A DNA stretch of 64,000 nucleotides from Acidimicrobiales bacterium. GTDB taxonomy: Bacteria > Actinomycetota > Acidimicrobiia > Acidimicrobiales > Bog-793. Below are positions 32,055 to 40,951 of this stretch, piece after piece. Under the pieces are notes generated by a model. The model worked only from the letters and a program-made list of their open reading frames with translations, did no database searches and had not been told where the DNA came from. The position numbers and the translations under genes are program-made. The stretch lies in the NCBI GenBank assembly GCA_050010115.1, contig JBEKLQ010000002.1, positions 46,741 to 110,740 of the forward strand, written 5' to 3'. Position 1 is the stretch's first letter. Each line of letters starts with the position of its first letter.

Positions 32055-33188
32055 TCAGGAAGTGGCGGCGGCAAAGGCCGCAAGTGCCACGCCGGCACCT
32101 CGCACGTCGCCGACCAGCCCGGACTCCATCTTGTTCATGACGTACGTGACCACGAGATTCAGGTCGTAATCGGCGATGATCAACGAGCCTCCCCAGCCGC
32201 CCCAGAAGCACGCCCGAGGCCCGATCGGGAGCAACTCCCCACTCAGCCCGTACCCGACGCCGAACCGCAGTGGAACGCCGAGGACGAGGTCCGTTCCGTT
32301 GGCCTGCTCTTCGAACACGGCCTCGCAGCCCTTCTCCGACAGCAGCCGTACGCCGCCCACCTCTCCACCGCACGCGAGCACGCTTTGGATCACGCCGACC
32401 GACCGTGCGTTGCCGTGGCCGTTCGCTGCCGGGATCTCGGCCCGCCGCCACGGAATCTCGAACGAGACGCTCGCGTCGAGGACAGGGTTGCTGAATGTGC
32501 GGGCGGCGACACTGTCCGGGTCGATCGCACCGAGCTGGTCGGCCAGCGACGGCGGTGGGACCACGGGCGCTACTCGGTCGTCGCACTCGCTGGGCGTCCC
32601 GATATGGAAGTCGGCTCCGAGGGGACCGGCCACCTCGTTCGCGAAGAAGGTGCCGAGCGTCTGACCGGTGACGCGGCGTACGACCTCTCCGACGAGGTAC
32701 CCCTGCGTGACCGCGTGGTACCCCGACGCCGTGCCGGGTGACCACCACGGCTCCTGGACGGCCAGCAACGACGTCGCCTTCTCCCAGTCATACAGGTCCT
32801 CGATGCTGACCGGTTCGGCCCAGCCGGACAGGCCGGCGGTGTGAGCGAGGAGGTGACGGACCTCGACCCGTTCCTTGGAGGCCGCTGCGAACTCCGGCCA
32901 GTAGCGAGCGACCGGCGCATGGAGATCGAGCTCGCCACGGTCCGCCAGGATCAGGCTGCAGAGGGCGGCCATCGTCTTGGTCGTCGACCACACGTTGATG
33001 ATCGTGTCCTGCTCCCAGGGTCGAGTCTTGGCCTCGTCGACGTACCCGCCCCAGATATCCACAACGGGCTCGCCACGGAGGAACACCGCCACCGAGGCCC
33101 CGAGGTCGAGCCCCGCGTCGAGATTCGCTGCCAGCACGTCACGAACCTGGGCGAAGCGCTCGTCATATGTCCCATGAATGTCAGCCAT
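32055..33188 (-). CDS. Serine hydrolase / beta-lactamase-family protein (class C / esterase-like)
   Basis: SxxK motif (WSTTKTMAAL). …LLAHTAGLSGW…. 377 aa. Confidence 0.8.
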   Translation of the reverse strand: MADIHGTYDERFAQVRDVLAANLDAGLDLGASVAVFLRGEPVVDIWGGYVDEAKTRPWEQDTIINVWSTTKTMAALCSLILADRGELDLHAPVARYWPEFAAASKERVEVRHLLAHTAGLSGWAEPVSIEDLYDWEKATSLLAVQEPWWSPGTASGYHAVTQGYLVGEVVRRVTGQTLGTFFANEVAGPLGADFHIGTPSECDDRVAPVVPPPSLADQLGAIDPDSVAARTFSNPVLDASVSFEIPWRRAEIPAANGHGNARSVGVIQSVLACGGEVGGVRLLSEKGCEAVFEEQANGTDLVLGVPLRFGVGYGLSGELLPIGPRACFWGGWGGSLIIADYDLNLVVTYVMNKMESGLVGDVRGAGVALAAFAAATS

Positions 33189-33212
33189 GACGGTGCAGCC
33201 TACCGAGCAGCA

Positions 33213-34370
33213 TCAAGCCGTGAATTGCTCGACAGCGGCCACGAACTGCGATGGATCCTCGAACATCGACCCATAGCCGGCACTCGGGAGCACGGCCGCC
33301 TTCGCCCCAGCGATCGCACGCACCAGCAGCGCCCCGTCCGGGACCGGGCACACGGTGTCTTCGCTTCCGTAGACCACGAGCGTCGGCACGGTCACAGCCG
33401 AGAGCCCCCCGGCGAACGCCGGCCCCGACCAGATGTACCGCTCGAGTGCGGCTTCCTCGGCGATACCGGCCTGGGTCACGTTGTCGGGCACCCCGGACGA
33501 GAGCGCGGACAGCCACGCTGACCCGGCTGTGGTCGATCCGGTGAACAGGCTCGGAGCGAGCGATGAAGGAGTCGCCCAGCGCGACGAGAAGAGCGCCGAC
33601 GTGGACGGGGCCGGAGCCCTGGCAGCAGAGCCCCCCGCGGAAGTGTCCACAAGGACCAGTGCACCCACGCTTGCCGGGTGACGCTCGGCTAGGGCCAGCG
33701 CGATGTCGCCGCCGAGCCCCCAGCCGAGAACGGTCGGGTGCGAAAGCGAGAGCGCTTGGACGAGACCAGCTGTCTCGTCGGCAAGCCAGTCGAGCGTGAC
33801 CGGCTCGGTCGCCGGCTGTGAGTAACCGATCCCGGGCAGGTCGAACATGGTCACCCGGTAATGCTGCGCCAGCAGCGCGACCAAGCTCGGCTGCCACCAG
33901 GCCATCGAGCCATCCTGGCCCATGATCAGCAGTAGGTCCGGACCCGACCCGAAGCGTCGGAATGCGACGTGCTCAAGGCGCACGTACCCGGGCGCGCCGG
34001 GGACTGGCACCGGAGCCGTCAAGCGCCCATCGGGGATGGCGACGATCGGAACTCGCTTCGCCAGGCCGAGAAACGAGTCGCTCCCGCCGGCCAACGTCCC
34101 ACCCACCGGCACTGGCGTGGGGAGCGCGACGGTGGTCGTCGTAGTCGACCCGTTCGGTGCCGTCGTTGACGCTGACGGCTGGGTCGATGACCGGCCGGGA
34201 CCGGAGCCGTGATGCGGAGCGGCGCTTGCCGTGCACGAGCTGAGGCCGGCGGCGGCAAGGACGATCACGCCCAGCAGGAGCGGCGACGACGCCCGTCTCG
34301 TGGCGCCCGCCTTGGCTGTGGCATCGTGTCGGCGGCGCCGGGCACTCCAGCCCGAATGAGCGCCGGTCAC
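33213..34370 (-). CDS. Alpha/beta-hydrolase-fold lipoprotein lacking the nucleophile serine
   Basis: GTG at 34370. Signal and lipobox …LLLGVIVLAAAGLSSC. Hydrolase fold …LLLIMGQDGS…MFDLPGIGYS…. The nucleophile elbow reads GWGLGG instead of G-x-S-x-G. Only the C-terminal 385 codons of the 712-aa track ORF look real. Confidence 0.65.
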   Translation of the reverse strand: MTGAHSGWSARRRRHDATAKAGATRRASSPLLLGVIVLAAAGLSSCTASAAPHHGSGPGRSSTQPSASTTAPNGSTTTTTVALPTPVPVGGTLAGGSDSFLGLAKRVPIVAIPDGRLTAPVPVPGAPGYVRLEHVAFRRFGSGPDLLLIMGQDGSMAWWQPSLVALLAQHYRVTMFDLPGIGYSQPATEPVTLDWLADETAGLVQALSLSHPTVLGWGLGGDIALALAERHPASVGALVLVDTSAGGSAARAPAPSTSALFSSRWATPSSLAPSLFTGSTTAGSAWLSALSSGVPDNVTQAGIAEEAALERYIWSGPAFAGGLSAVTVPTLVVYGSEDTVCPVPDGALLVRAIAGAKAAVLPSAGYGSMFEDPSQFVAAVEQFTA

Positions 34371-34397
34371 ACCGTTCGACGAGATAGGGGCATTCGA

Positions 34398-35303
34398 GTG
34401 GGCAGCTTGGACGGCAAGGTCGCGATCGTCACCGGAGCGGCCCGTGGGATCGGGAAGGCAGAGGCACTCACACTGGCGGGCGAAGGGGCTGCCGTCGTCG
34501 TGAACGACCTCGGTGCTGACCTCGCCGGCAAGGCGCAGGAGCAGTCCGGAGCGGCCGAGGTTGTGGCCCTCATCGTCGAGGCCGGGGGACGGGCGGTCAC
34601 CAATGGCGATGACGTCGCGAGCTACGCCGGCGCCGAGCGCATCGTGGCCGGCGCCCTCGACAACTTCGGACGCCTGGACATCCTCGTCAACAACGCCGGG
34701 ATCCTCCGGGACCGCATGTCCTTCAACATGCCGGAAGAGGATTTCGATGACGTGGTACGCGTCCATTTGAAGGGGCACTTCTCCATGGCGCGCACCGCCG
34801 GCGCCTACTGGCGCCAGCGGCACAAGGCCGGCGAAGAAGTAGCCGGAAGGATCGTGAACACCACGAGCGAGGCCGGACTGTTCGGGAGCGCCGGCCAAGC
34901 CAATTACGCGGCGGCCAAAGGCGCCATCGCCACGCTCACGATCACGCTGGCGAGGGAGTACGAGCGCTTCGGTGTCACCGTGAACGCGATCGCGCCACGG
35001 GCCAGGACCCGGATGACGACGTCGGCTCTCGGATCGCTCGAGGCGGAACCAGGGACGTTTGACTCGTGGGCTCCGGAGAATGTCGCCCCCATCGTGGCGT
35101 GGCTCGCGGGCGACGCCGCCGCTTCGATCAGCGGCCAGTTCTTCGTCGTGTGGGGAGGCGCGGTTCACCTGGTTGCCCCCTACCAGCCGGTGAGCAGCCT
35201 CAGCCGTGATCGGGCCTGGACCGTCGCTGAGCTCACCGAACATCAGGGCGAGCTGTTCGGGGACCGGTCCAGTTGGGTGCCCACCTTCCCATTTGGTGCC
35301 TGA
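34398..35303 (+). CDS. Short-chain dehydrogenase/reductase (SDR)
   Basis: GKVAIVTGAARGIGKA (TGxxxGxG), NNAG, YAAAKGA (YxxxK). GTG at 34398 after AGGGG. An alternative ATG is at 34356. Confidence 0.8.
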   Translation: MGSLDGKVAIVTGAARGIGKAEALTLAGEGAAVVVNDLGADLAGKAQEQSGAAEVVALIVEAGGRAVTNGDDVASYAGAERIVAGALDNFGRLDILVNNAGILRDRMSFNMPEEDFDDVVRVHLKGHFSMARTAGAYWRQRHKAGEEVAGRIVNTTSEAGLFGSAGQANYAAAKGAIATLTITLAREYERFGVTVNAIAPRARTRMTTSALGSLEAEPGTFDSWAPENVAPIVAWLAGDAAASISGQFFVVWGGAVHLVAPYQPVSSLSRDRAWTVAELTEHQGELFGDRSSWVPTFPFGA

Positions 35304-35347
35304 GCCCCAGCCGGCTGCGGCCCCGACAACGCCTCTGGTGGGTCGGC

Positions 35348-36448
35348 TCACGGCGCTGAGGTGGGCTCAGGGTGCTTCCAGCGGATCCTCGCCAACCGCT
35401 TCGGGGATACGAAGCCGTTGTCCGCGAACCATCGCGCGGACCGCACGAGCGCCTCGCGGGCCGGTCGCGAGCGGTACCCGAGCTCGCTCCTCGCGCGGTC
35501 GTCGGAGTAGATCATCCGCGTCGTCGCCATACGGGTACCCTCGAGCGGGACCGACGGCGGGCGGCGGGCCACACGTCCCTCGATGAGCTCGGAGGCATAG
35601 GCTGCGCCCAGCGCCAGGCCTGCGGGGACCCGGACAACTGGGCCGGGCAAACCAGTCTCCGCGGCCAAAGTGCCCAGGATCGCCCGGAAATGCATGTTCT
35701 CGCCGCCGAGCACGTAACTCCTGCCCTGCTGCCCCCGCTCGAGCGCAGCGATGTGACCGACGGCGAGGTCGTCGGCGTCAACGACGTTGAGCGACGTCTC
35801 GAACCAACCGGGGATCCGGCCGTTCAGGAAGTCGAGCACGATCCGCCCGGTGGGTGTCGGGGCCCGGTCACGGGGTCCGACCGGCAACGTCGGCTGCACG
35901 AGCACGACCGGCAGTCCTTCGGCTGCAGCCCGCAACACCTCGTGCTCCGCGACGTACTTGGAGCGTTTGTAGCTGCCGAACAGGTGCTCGATGCGTGCCC
36001 AGCTGCGCTCGTCCGCGAGGGCTCCGTCCGTCGTGCCATCGAGCCCGATCGTCCCGACGGTGCTCGTGTACACGACGCGTTCGCAGCCCGACACCCGCGC
36101 AGCGTCCAGGACATTGAGTGTCCCTCCCACGTTCACGTCATAGAACTCGTTCGGGTCCGACGACCAGAACCGATAGAGCGCGGCGATGTGGAACACGACC
36201 CTCGCGCCGTCGATGGCCTCCCGCACGGCCGGAGCGTCGCGCACGTCGGCGTTGACGCGTTCCACTGGCAGGCCGTCCACGCTCGTCTGGTCGGCGCCGG
36301 GCTGCAACACGGTCACGACGTGCACCCCGCGCTCGAGCAAGGCTCTCGTGACAGCTGACCCGACAAAACCAGCCGCCCCTGTCACCACGACTCGGTCCCC
36401 CGCCTGCAGCGAGAGGTGTCGCGGCTGTTCGCCCTCCACAGCTGTCAC
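35348..36448 (-). CDS. NAD-dependent epimerase/dehydratase-family reductase (dihydroflavonol-reductase/HpnA-like)
   Basis: VVVTGAAGFVGSAV Rossmann motif, YKRSK (YxxxK), …PTPTGRIVLDFLNGRIPG…. Confidence 0.8.
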   Translation of the reverse strand: MTAVEGEQPRHLSLQAGDRVVVTGAAGFVGSAVTRALLERGVHVVTVLQPGADQTSVDGLPVERVNADVRDAPAVREAIDGARVVFHIAALYRFWSSDPNEFYDVNVGGTLNVLDAARVSGCERVVYTSTVGTIGLDGTTDGALADERSWARIEHLFGSYKRSKYVAEHEVLRAAAEGLPVVLVQPTLPVGPRDRAPTPTGRIVLDFLNGRIPGWFETSLNVVDADDLAVGHIAALERGQQGRSYVLGGENMHFRAILGTLAAETGLPGPVVRVPAGLALGAAYASELIEGRVARRPPSVPLEGTRMATTRMIYSDDRARSELGYRSRPAREALVRSARWFADNGFVSPKRLARIRWKHPEPTSAP

Positions 36449-36453
36449 GGCGC

Positions 36454-37842
36454 TCAGGCGCGCTCTCGCTGCAGCGCGCTCTTGGCGAGGGTCTTACCGA
36501 ACTCGAACAGCAGCGAGGAGTTCCGGTGAGCGTCACCGAGCACGTCGTCCAGAGCAGCGACGAAGTAGTCGACCTCCTCCTGGCCGCAGATGAGCGGCGG
36601 CAGGATCTTCACGATGTTGACGTTGTCGGCAGCGACTTGGGTGAGGATCCGGTGGCGCTGGAACAACGGCCCGACGATGAGCTGGGAGAAGAGCCCCTTG
36701 CGGGCGGTCTCGAGCATCTTCCAGCGGGACTTGAGCCGCAGCGACGCCGGTTCGCCGAACTCCAAGCCGATCATCAACCCTTTGCCCCTCACCTCCTTGA
36801 ACAGCTCGTAGCGGTCGACGAGCGGGGCGAGTGAGTGCTCGAAGGCTTCTCCGGTCGCTTGGGCTCGCTCGACGATCTTCTCATCGTCGAGCGTCTGCAA
36901 CGTGGCGAGCCCGGCCACCATCGCCAGCTGGTTGCGACCGAACGTCGTCGAGTGGACGACCGCCCGTTCCATCTTCGAGTACACCTTGTCGAAGACCTGG
37001 GCTGAGCACAGCGTTGCCCCGACCGGCACGTAGCCGCCGGACAGCGCCTTGGACACGGTGATCATGTCCGGAGCGAGCCCATAGTGCTCGTACGCCCACA
37101 TCTTCCCAGTTCGCCCGAGCCCGGTCTGGACCTCGTCGGCGACGAAGAGCGTGCCGTACCGGTGACAGAGCGACTGGACACCGGACCAGTACGCGCCGTC
37201 GGCGAGATAGACGCCCTTGCCCTGGATCAGCTCGACGACGAAGGCCGCGACGTCGCCCCGGCGGAGCTCACGCTCGAGCTGATGCAAGTCGCCGAACGGC
37301 ACCGAGTCGCATCCCGGCAGCAACGGTCCGAAACCCTCCCGGAACTCCGCCCCACCGTTCAACGACAGGGCGCCGTTCGTGAGCCCGTGGAACGAGTGTT
37401 CGGCGTGCAGCACCCGCGGGCGGCGCGTGGCGTACTTCGAGAACTTGATGGCACACTCCACCGCTTCGGCACCGGAGTTCGAGAAGAAGCACCGTTCCAG
37501 CCCATCATGGGTCCTCGCGACCAGAGCCTCGGCAAGCAGGCCCGGCAGCAGCGCGCAGTCGAGCTGGGCGAGGTTCGGGAGGTCGAGGTCGATCGCGTCG
37601 GTGAGCGCCTTCTTGATCACCGGGTGGGCGCGGCCCAGGGCGAACACACCAAAGCCGGCAAGGAAGTCGAGGTATCGCTCTCCCGAACGGTCATAGAGGT
37701 AGCAACCCTCGCCGCGCTCGTAGAAGCGGTCCATGCCAAGGGTTTTCAAGACCTTCGCTAGCTGGGGGTTCAAGAATTCCGTGTGGAGACGGAAGTTCTC
37801 GCCCCGGCGCGTGGCGATCAATTCGTGCAACTCGAAGCTCAT
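36454..37842 (-). CDS. Class III pyridoxal-phosphate aminotransferase
   Basis: …SNSGAEAVECAIK…, ADEVQTGLGRTG, TVSKALSGG (PLP-Lys). 462 aa. Confidence 0.85.
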   Translation of the reverse strand: MSFELHELIATRRGENFRLHTEFLNPQLAKVLKTLGMDRFYERGEGCYLYDRSGERYLDFLAGFGVFALGRAHPVIKKALTDAIDLDLPNLAQLDCALLPGLLAEALVARTHDGLERCFFSNSGAEAVECAIKFSKYATRRPRVLHAEHSFHGLTNGALSLNGGAEFREGFGPLLPGCDSVPFGDLHQLERELRRGDVAAFVVELIQGKGVYLADGAYWSGVQSLCHRYGTLFVADEVQTGLGRTGKMWAYEHYGLAPDMITVSKALSGGYVPVGATLCSAQVFDKVYSKMERAVVHSTTFGRNQLAMVAGLATLQTLDDEKIVERAQATGEAFEHSLAPLVDRYELFKEVRGKGLMIGLEFGEPASLRLKSRWKMLETARKGLFSQLIVGPLFQRHRILTQVAADNVNIVKILPPLICGQEEVDYFVAALDDVLGDAHRNSSLLFEFGKTLAKSALQRERA

Positions 37843-37914
37843 CTGGCCTCCGGTTCGGTGCTGGCACGAGCGTACCGGTCAAGGCCGTGGGATCCAGGAC
37901 GGTAGGCTGTCGGC

Positions 37915-39318
37915 ATGTCAGCTCCCCTCCGACAAGGAGGTCGGGAGGGCCTGGACACCGGCATCGGTTCGCAAGCACGTGCCGGCCACGGCGGGCACAC
38001 CGCCGCCGCTGACGTCCATGAGGTCCTCAGCCGCCACCTGCTCCTCGACGGCTTCCCGATCGTCCTCGATACTGCCAAGAGCCACGGCTCCTGGCTGGTT
38101 GACGCCCGCGATGGCACCGAGTACCTGGATTTCTACACGTTCTTCGCGTCGTCACCACTCGGGCTGAACGCTCCGGGGCTTGCTGACGACGCCGAATTCA
38201 TGCGGGATCTCGCCCAGGTAGCGGCGAACAAGCCCGCCAACTCGGACTTCCAGACGACGTTCTTGGCCGACTTCGTCGAGACGTTCTCCCGCGTGCTCGG
38301 TGACCCGGCACTGCCGCACCTCTTCTTCATCGAGGGCGGTGCGCTCGCCGTCGAGAACGCCCTCAAGGTCGCGTTCGACTGGAAGTCCCGGCAGAACGAG
38401 GCGGCCGGGCGATCTCCGGAGCTGGGCACGCGGGTGATGCACCTGCAACATGCATTCCACGGCCGGAGTGGTTACACGATGTCGCTGACGAACACGGACC
38501 CGGTGAAGGTCGACCGCTTTCCGAGATTCGACTGGCCGCGCCTCACCTCGCCGGCGATCACGTTCCCGCTCGAGGACAACCTGGCCGAGGTTGAGCGGCT
38601 GGAGGCCGCCGCGCTCTTGGAGGCGACCGCCGCGTTCGAGGCGTACCCGCACGATGTGGCCTGCTTCATCGCCGAGCCCATCCAGTCCGAGGGCGGGGAC
38701 CGGCACCTGCGGGCCGAGTTCCTTCAGGCGATGCAGGATCTGTGTCACCGCTACGAGGCGCTGTTCGTCCTCGACGAGGTGCAGACCGGTGTTGGCGTCA
38801 CGGGCACGCCGTGGTGCTACCAGCAGCTCGGCCTCGAACCAGATGTCGTGGCGTTCGCCAAGAAAGTACAAGTCGGCGGTATCATGGCCGGGCGCGGCGT
38901 CGACTCCGAACCGCTCAACGTGTTCAAGGTCCCGAGCCGGATCAACTCCACGTGGGGCGGCAACCTTACCGACATGGTGCGGTCGACGCGCCTGCTCCAG
39001 CTGATCGAGTCGACCGGTGCCATCTCCAATGCCGCCGCCGCCGGAGCACATCTGCAGGACCGCCTGACCGAGATTGCTGAGACCATTCCGGCGATCGTCT
39101 CCAACCCACGCGGCCGGGGCCTCCTCGCCGCGATCGACCTCCCATCGAGCGCCGTTCGCGATGAGGCGCTGACGGCGCTCCGGACGAGCGGGCACGTGAT
39201 CGCGTTGTCATGTGGGCCACGCTCGCTGCGATTCCGCCCGGCGCTGTCCGTCACGGCTGAGGAGATCGACCTCGGTTGTGACGCGCTTGCTCGCGTGCTG
39301 CAGAAGCTGGGGGTTTGA
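37915..39318 (+). CDS. lat: L-lysine 6-(epsilon)-aminotransferase
   Basis: …VHEVLSRHLLLDGFPIVLDTAKSHGSWLVDARDG…YLDFYTFFASSPLG… is the characteristic Lat N-terminus. The class III aminotransferase core follows (LDEVQTGVG…). Confidence 0.8.
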   Translation: MSAPLRQGGREGLDTGIGSQARAGHGGHTAAADVHEVLSRHLLLDGFPIVLDTAKSHGSWLVDARDGTEYLDFYTFFASSPLGLNAPGLADDAEFMRDLAQVAANKPANSDFQTTFLADFVETFSRVLGDPALPHLFFIEGGALAVENALKVAFDWKSRQNEAAGRSPELGTRVMHLQHAFHGRSGYTMSLTNTDPVKVDRFPRFDWPRLTSPAITFPLEDNLAEVERLEAAALLEATAAFEAYPHDVACFIAEPIQSEGGDRHLRAEFLQAMQDLCHRYEALFVLDEVQTGVGVTGTPWCYQQLGLEPDVVAFAKKVQVGGIMAGRGVDSEPLNVFKVPSRINSTWGGNLTDMVRSTRLLQLIESTGAISNAAAAGAHLQDRLTEIAETIPAIVSNPRGRGLLAAIDLPSSAVRDEALTALRTSGHVIALSCGPRSLRFRPALSVTAEEIDLGCDALARVLQKLGV

Positions 39319-39320
39319 GC

Positions 39321-40880
39321 ATGAGCCGGACCTGTTCCTCGGTCATCGCAGGCAAGGTCTCCGATGACGACCGCGGTGGGCGCCTTCAATCCACCAACCC
39401 CGCCCTGTTGACCGATGTCGTCGCGGATGTCGCCCTCGGTGATTCGGCGACCTTCGTCGAGGCGTGCCGGACGGCCAAAGCGGCGCAGCCCTCGTGGGCA
39501 GAAGTACCGGCGCCGATCCGCGGCAGGGTCATCGCCGAGATCGGTCGCCTCGTCGAGGCAAACTCCGAGGCGCTGGCGCGGCTGGTCACGCGCGAGGTCG
39601 GCAAGCCTTACGCGGAGTCGCTCGGCGAAGTCCAGGAGATCATCGACACCTGTGACTTCTTTCTCGGCGAGGGCCGTCGGCTCTATGGCGAGACCGTGCC
39701 GTCGGAGATGCACGACAAGGCGCTGTTCACCTTCCGCGTCCCAGTGGGAGCACTCGCCGTGGTGACCGCCGGCAACTTCCCGGTTGCAGTGCCGTCGTGG
39801 TACCTCGTACCGGGGCTCTTGTGCGGCAACACCGCCGTCTGGAAGCCGGCCGAGTACTCAGCAGCGGTCGCCACCGCCCTCTACGAACTGTTCGTGGCAG
39901 GTGGACTGCCGGAAGGCACGCTCAACCTGGTGCTCGCCGATGGACCTGCGACGTTCTCGGGAATCGAGGCAGCGCTCTCGGAGCACGTGATCGACAAGGT
40001 CGGCTTTACCGGTTCGTCGCACGTCGGCTCGCTCATCGGCGAGCTGTGCGGGCGCCACGTCCAGTCGCCGTGCCTCGAGTTGGGCGGCAAGAACCCGATG
40101 GTGGTCATGGCCGACGCGAATCTCGATCTCGCCGTCGACGGTGCCCTCTTCTCGGGATTCGGTACCGCCGGTCAGCGATGCACCTCCCTCGGCACCGCCA
40201 TCGTTCACGAGTCGATCCACGACGACTTCGTCTCCCGTCTCGTCGAGCGGCTGGAGTCGGCTGCCATCGGCGACCCTTTCGAGCAAGTGCTGTACGGCCC
40301 GATGCTCGACGAGCGGTTCGCTGACCGCTTTGACGAGTACCTGCAGGATCTGATCGCGCCGCACCATGTCCTGCTCGGCAGCTCCGCCACCGGCCGGATC
40401 ACCTCGGGGAACCCGCGCCCGGGTTTCGTCGGCGATCCTGACGCAGGCGTGTTCTGCCACCCGACGATCGTCGACGGTGTCCGCCTCGGCGACGAGATCG
40501 CGAGGCACGAGACGTTCGGCCCGATGGTCGGCATCGCAGCATTCTCGGACTTCGGCGAAGCGATGGCGATCGCCAACTGCTCCGGCTACGGCCTGTCGTC
40601 CTCGATCTACACCTCGTCGCCCCAGGCGGTCTTCAAGTTCCGCCAGCGCATCTCCGCCGGGATGGTGAGCGTCAACAACTCGACCTCGGGCGCAGAGGCA
40701 CACTTGCCCTTCGGCGGTAACGGGCGATCGGGCAACGGCAGCCGGCAGAGCGGCAAGTGGGTCCTCGACCAGATGACCCGCTGGCAGTCGATGAACTGGG
40801 ACTTCTCCGGGCACCTGCAAAAGGCCCAGATGGACACCGATGTTGTGAAGGCCGATCGGGGTTTCCGGCTCGAGAACTGA
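39321..40880 (+). CDS. Aldehyde dehydrogenase (piperideine-6-carboxylate / aminoadipate-semialdehyde dehydrogenase-like)
   Basis: ELGGKNP and GQRCTS (catalytic Cys). Immediately downstream of lat. ATG at 39321; the track's TTG at 39315 is an alternative. The specific substrate is inferred from context. Confidence 0.8.
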   Translation: MSRTCSSVIAGKVSDDDRGGRLQSTNPALLTDVVADVALGDSATFVEACRTAKAAQPSWAEVPAPIRGRVIAEIGRLVEANSEALARLVTREVGKPYAESLGEVQEIIDTCDFFLGEGRRLYGETVPSEMHDKALFTFRVPVGALAVVTAGNFPVAVPSWYLVPGLLCGNTAVWKPAEYSAAVATALYELFVAGGLPEGTLNLVLADGPATFSGIEAALSEHVIDKVGFTGSSHVGSLIGELCGRHVQSPCLELGGKNPMVVMADANLDLAVDGALFSGFGTAGQRCTSLGTAIVHESIHDDFVSRLVERLESAAIGDPFEQVLYGPMLDERFADRFDEYLQDLIAPHHVLLGSSATGRITSGNPRPGFVGDPDAGVFCHPTIVDGVRLGDEIARHETFGPMVGIAAFSDFGEAMAIANCSGYGLSSSIYTSSPQAVFKFRQRISAGMVSVNNSTSGAEAHLPFGGNGRSGNGSRQSGKWVLDQMTRWQSMNWDFSGHLQKAQMDTDVVKADRGFRLEN

Positions 40881-40951
40881 GTTCTCGGCCGGGGTACTCG
40901 GCTCTTTGCACCCGGAACACCTCCCTCAGGCTTGATGAGGGCCGAGCCTCC

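Noticed and set aside
35348-37842. The HpnA-like reductase plus class III aminotransferase pair as a hopanoid-modification (hpnA/hpnO-like) module linked to the terpenoid theme.
   Set aside because: There are no squalene-hopene cyclase, hpnH or other hopanoid genes in the window. Both families are very broad. The adjacency to lat and the aldehyde dehydrogenase suggests amino-acid or amine metabolism. The idea is too speculative without searches.
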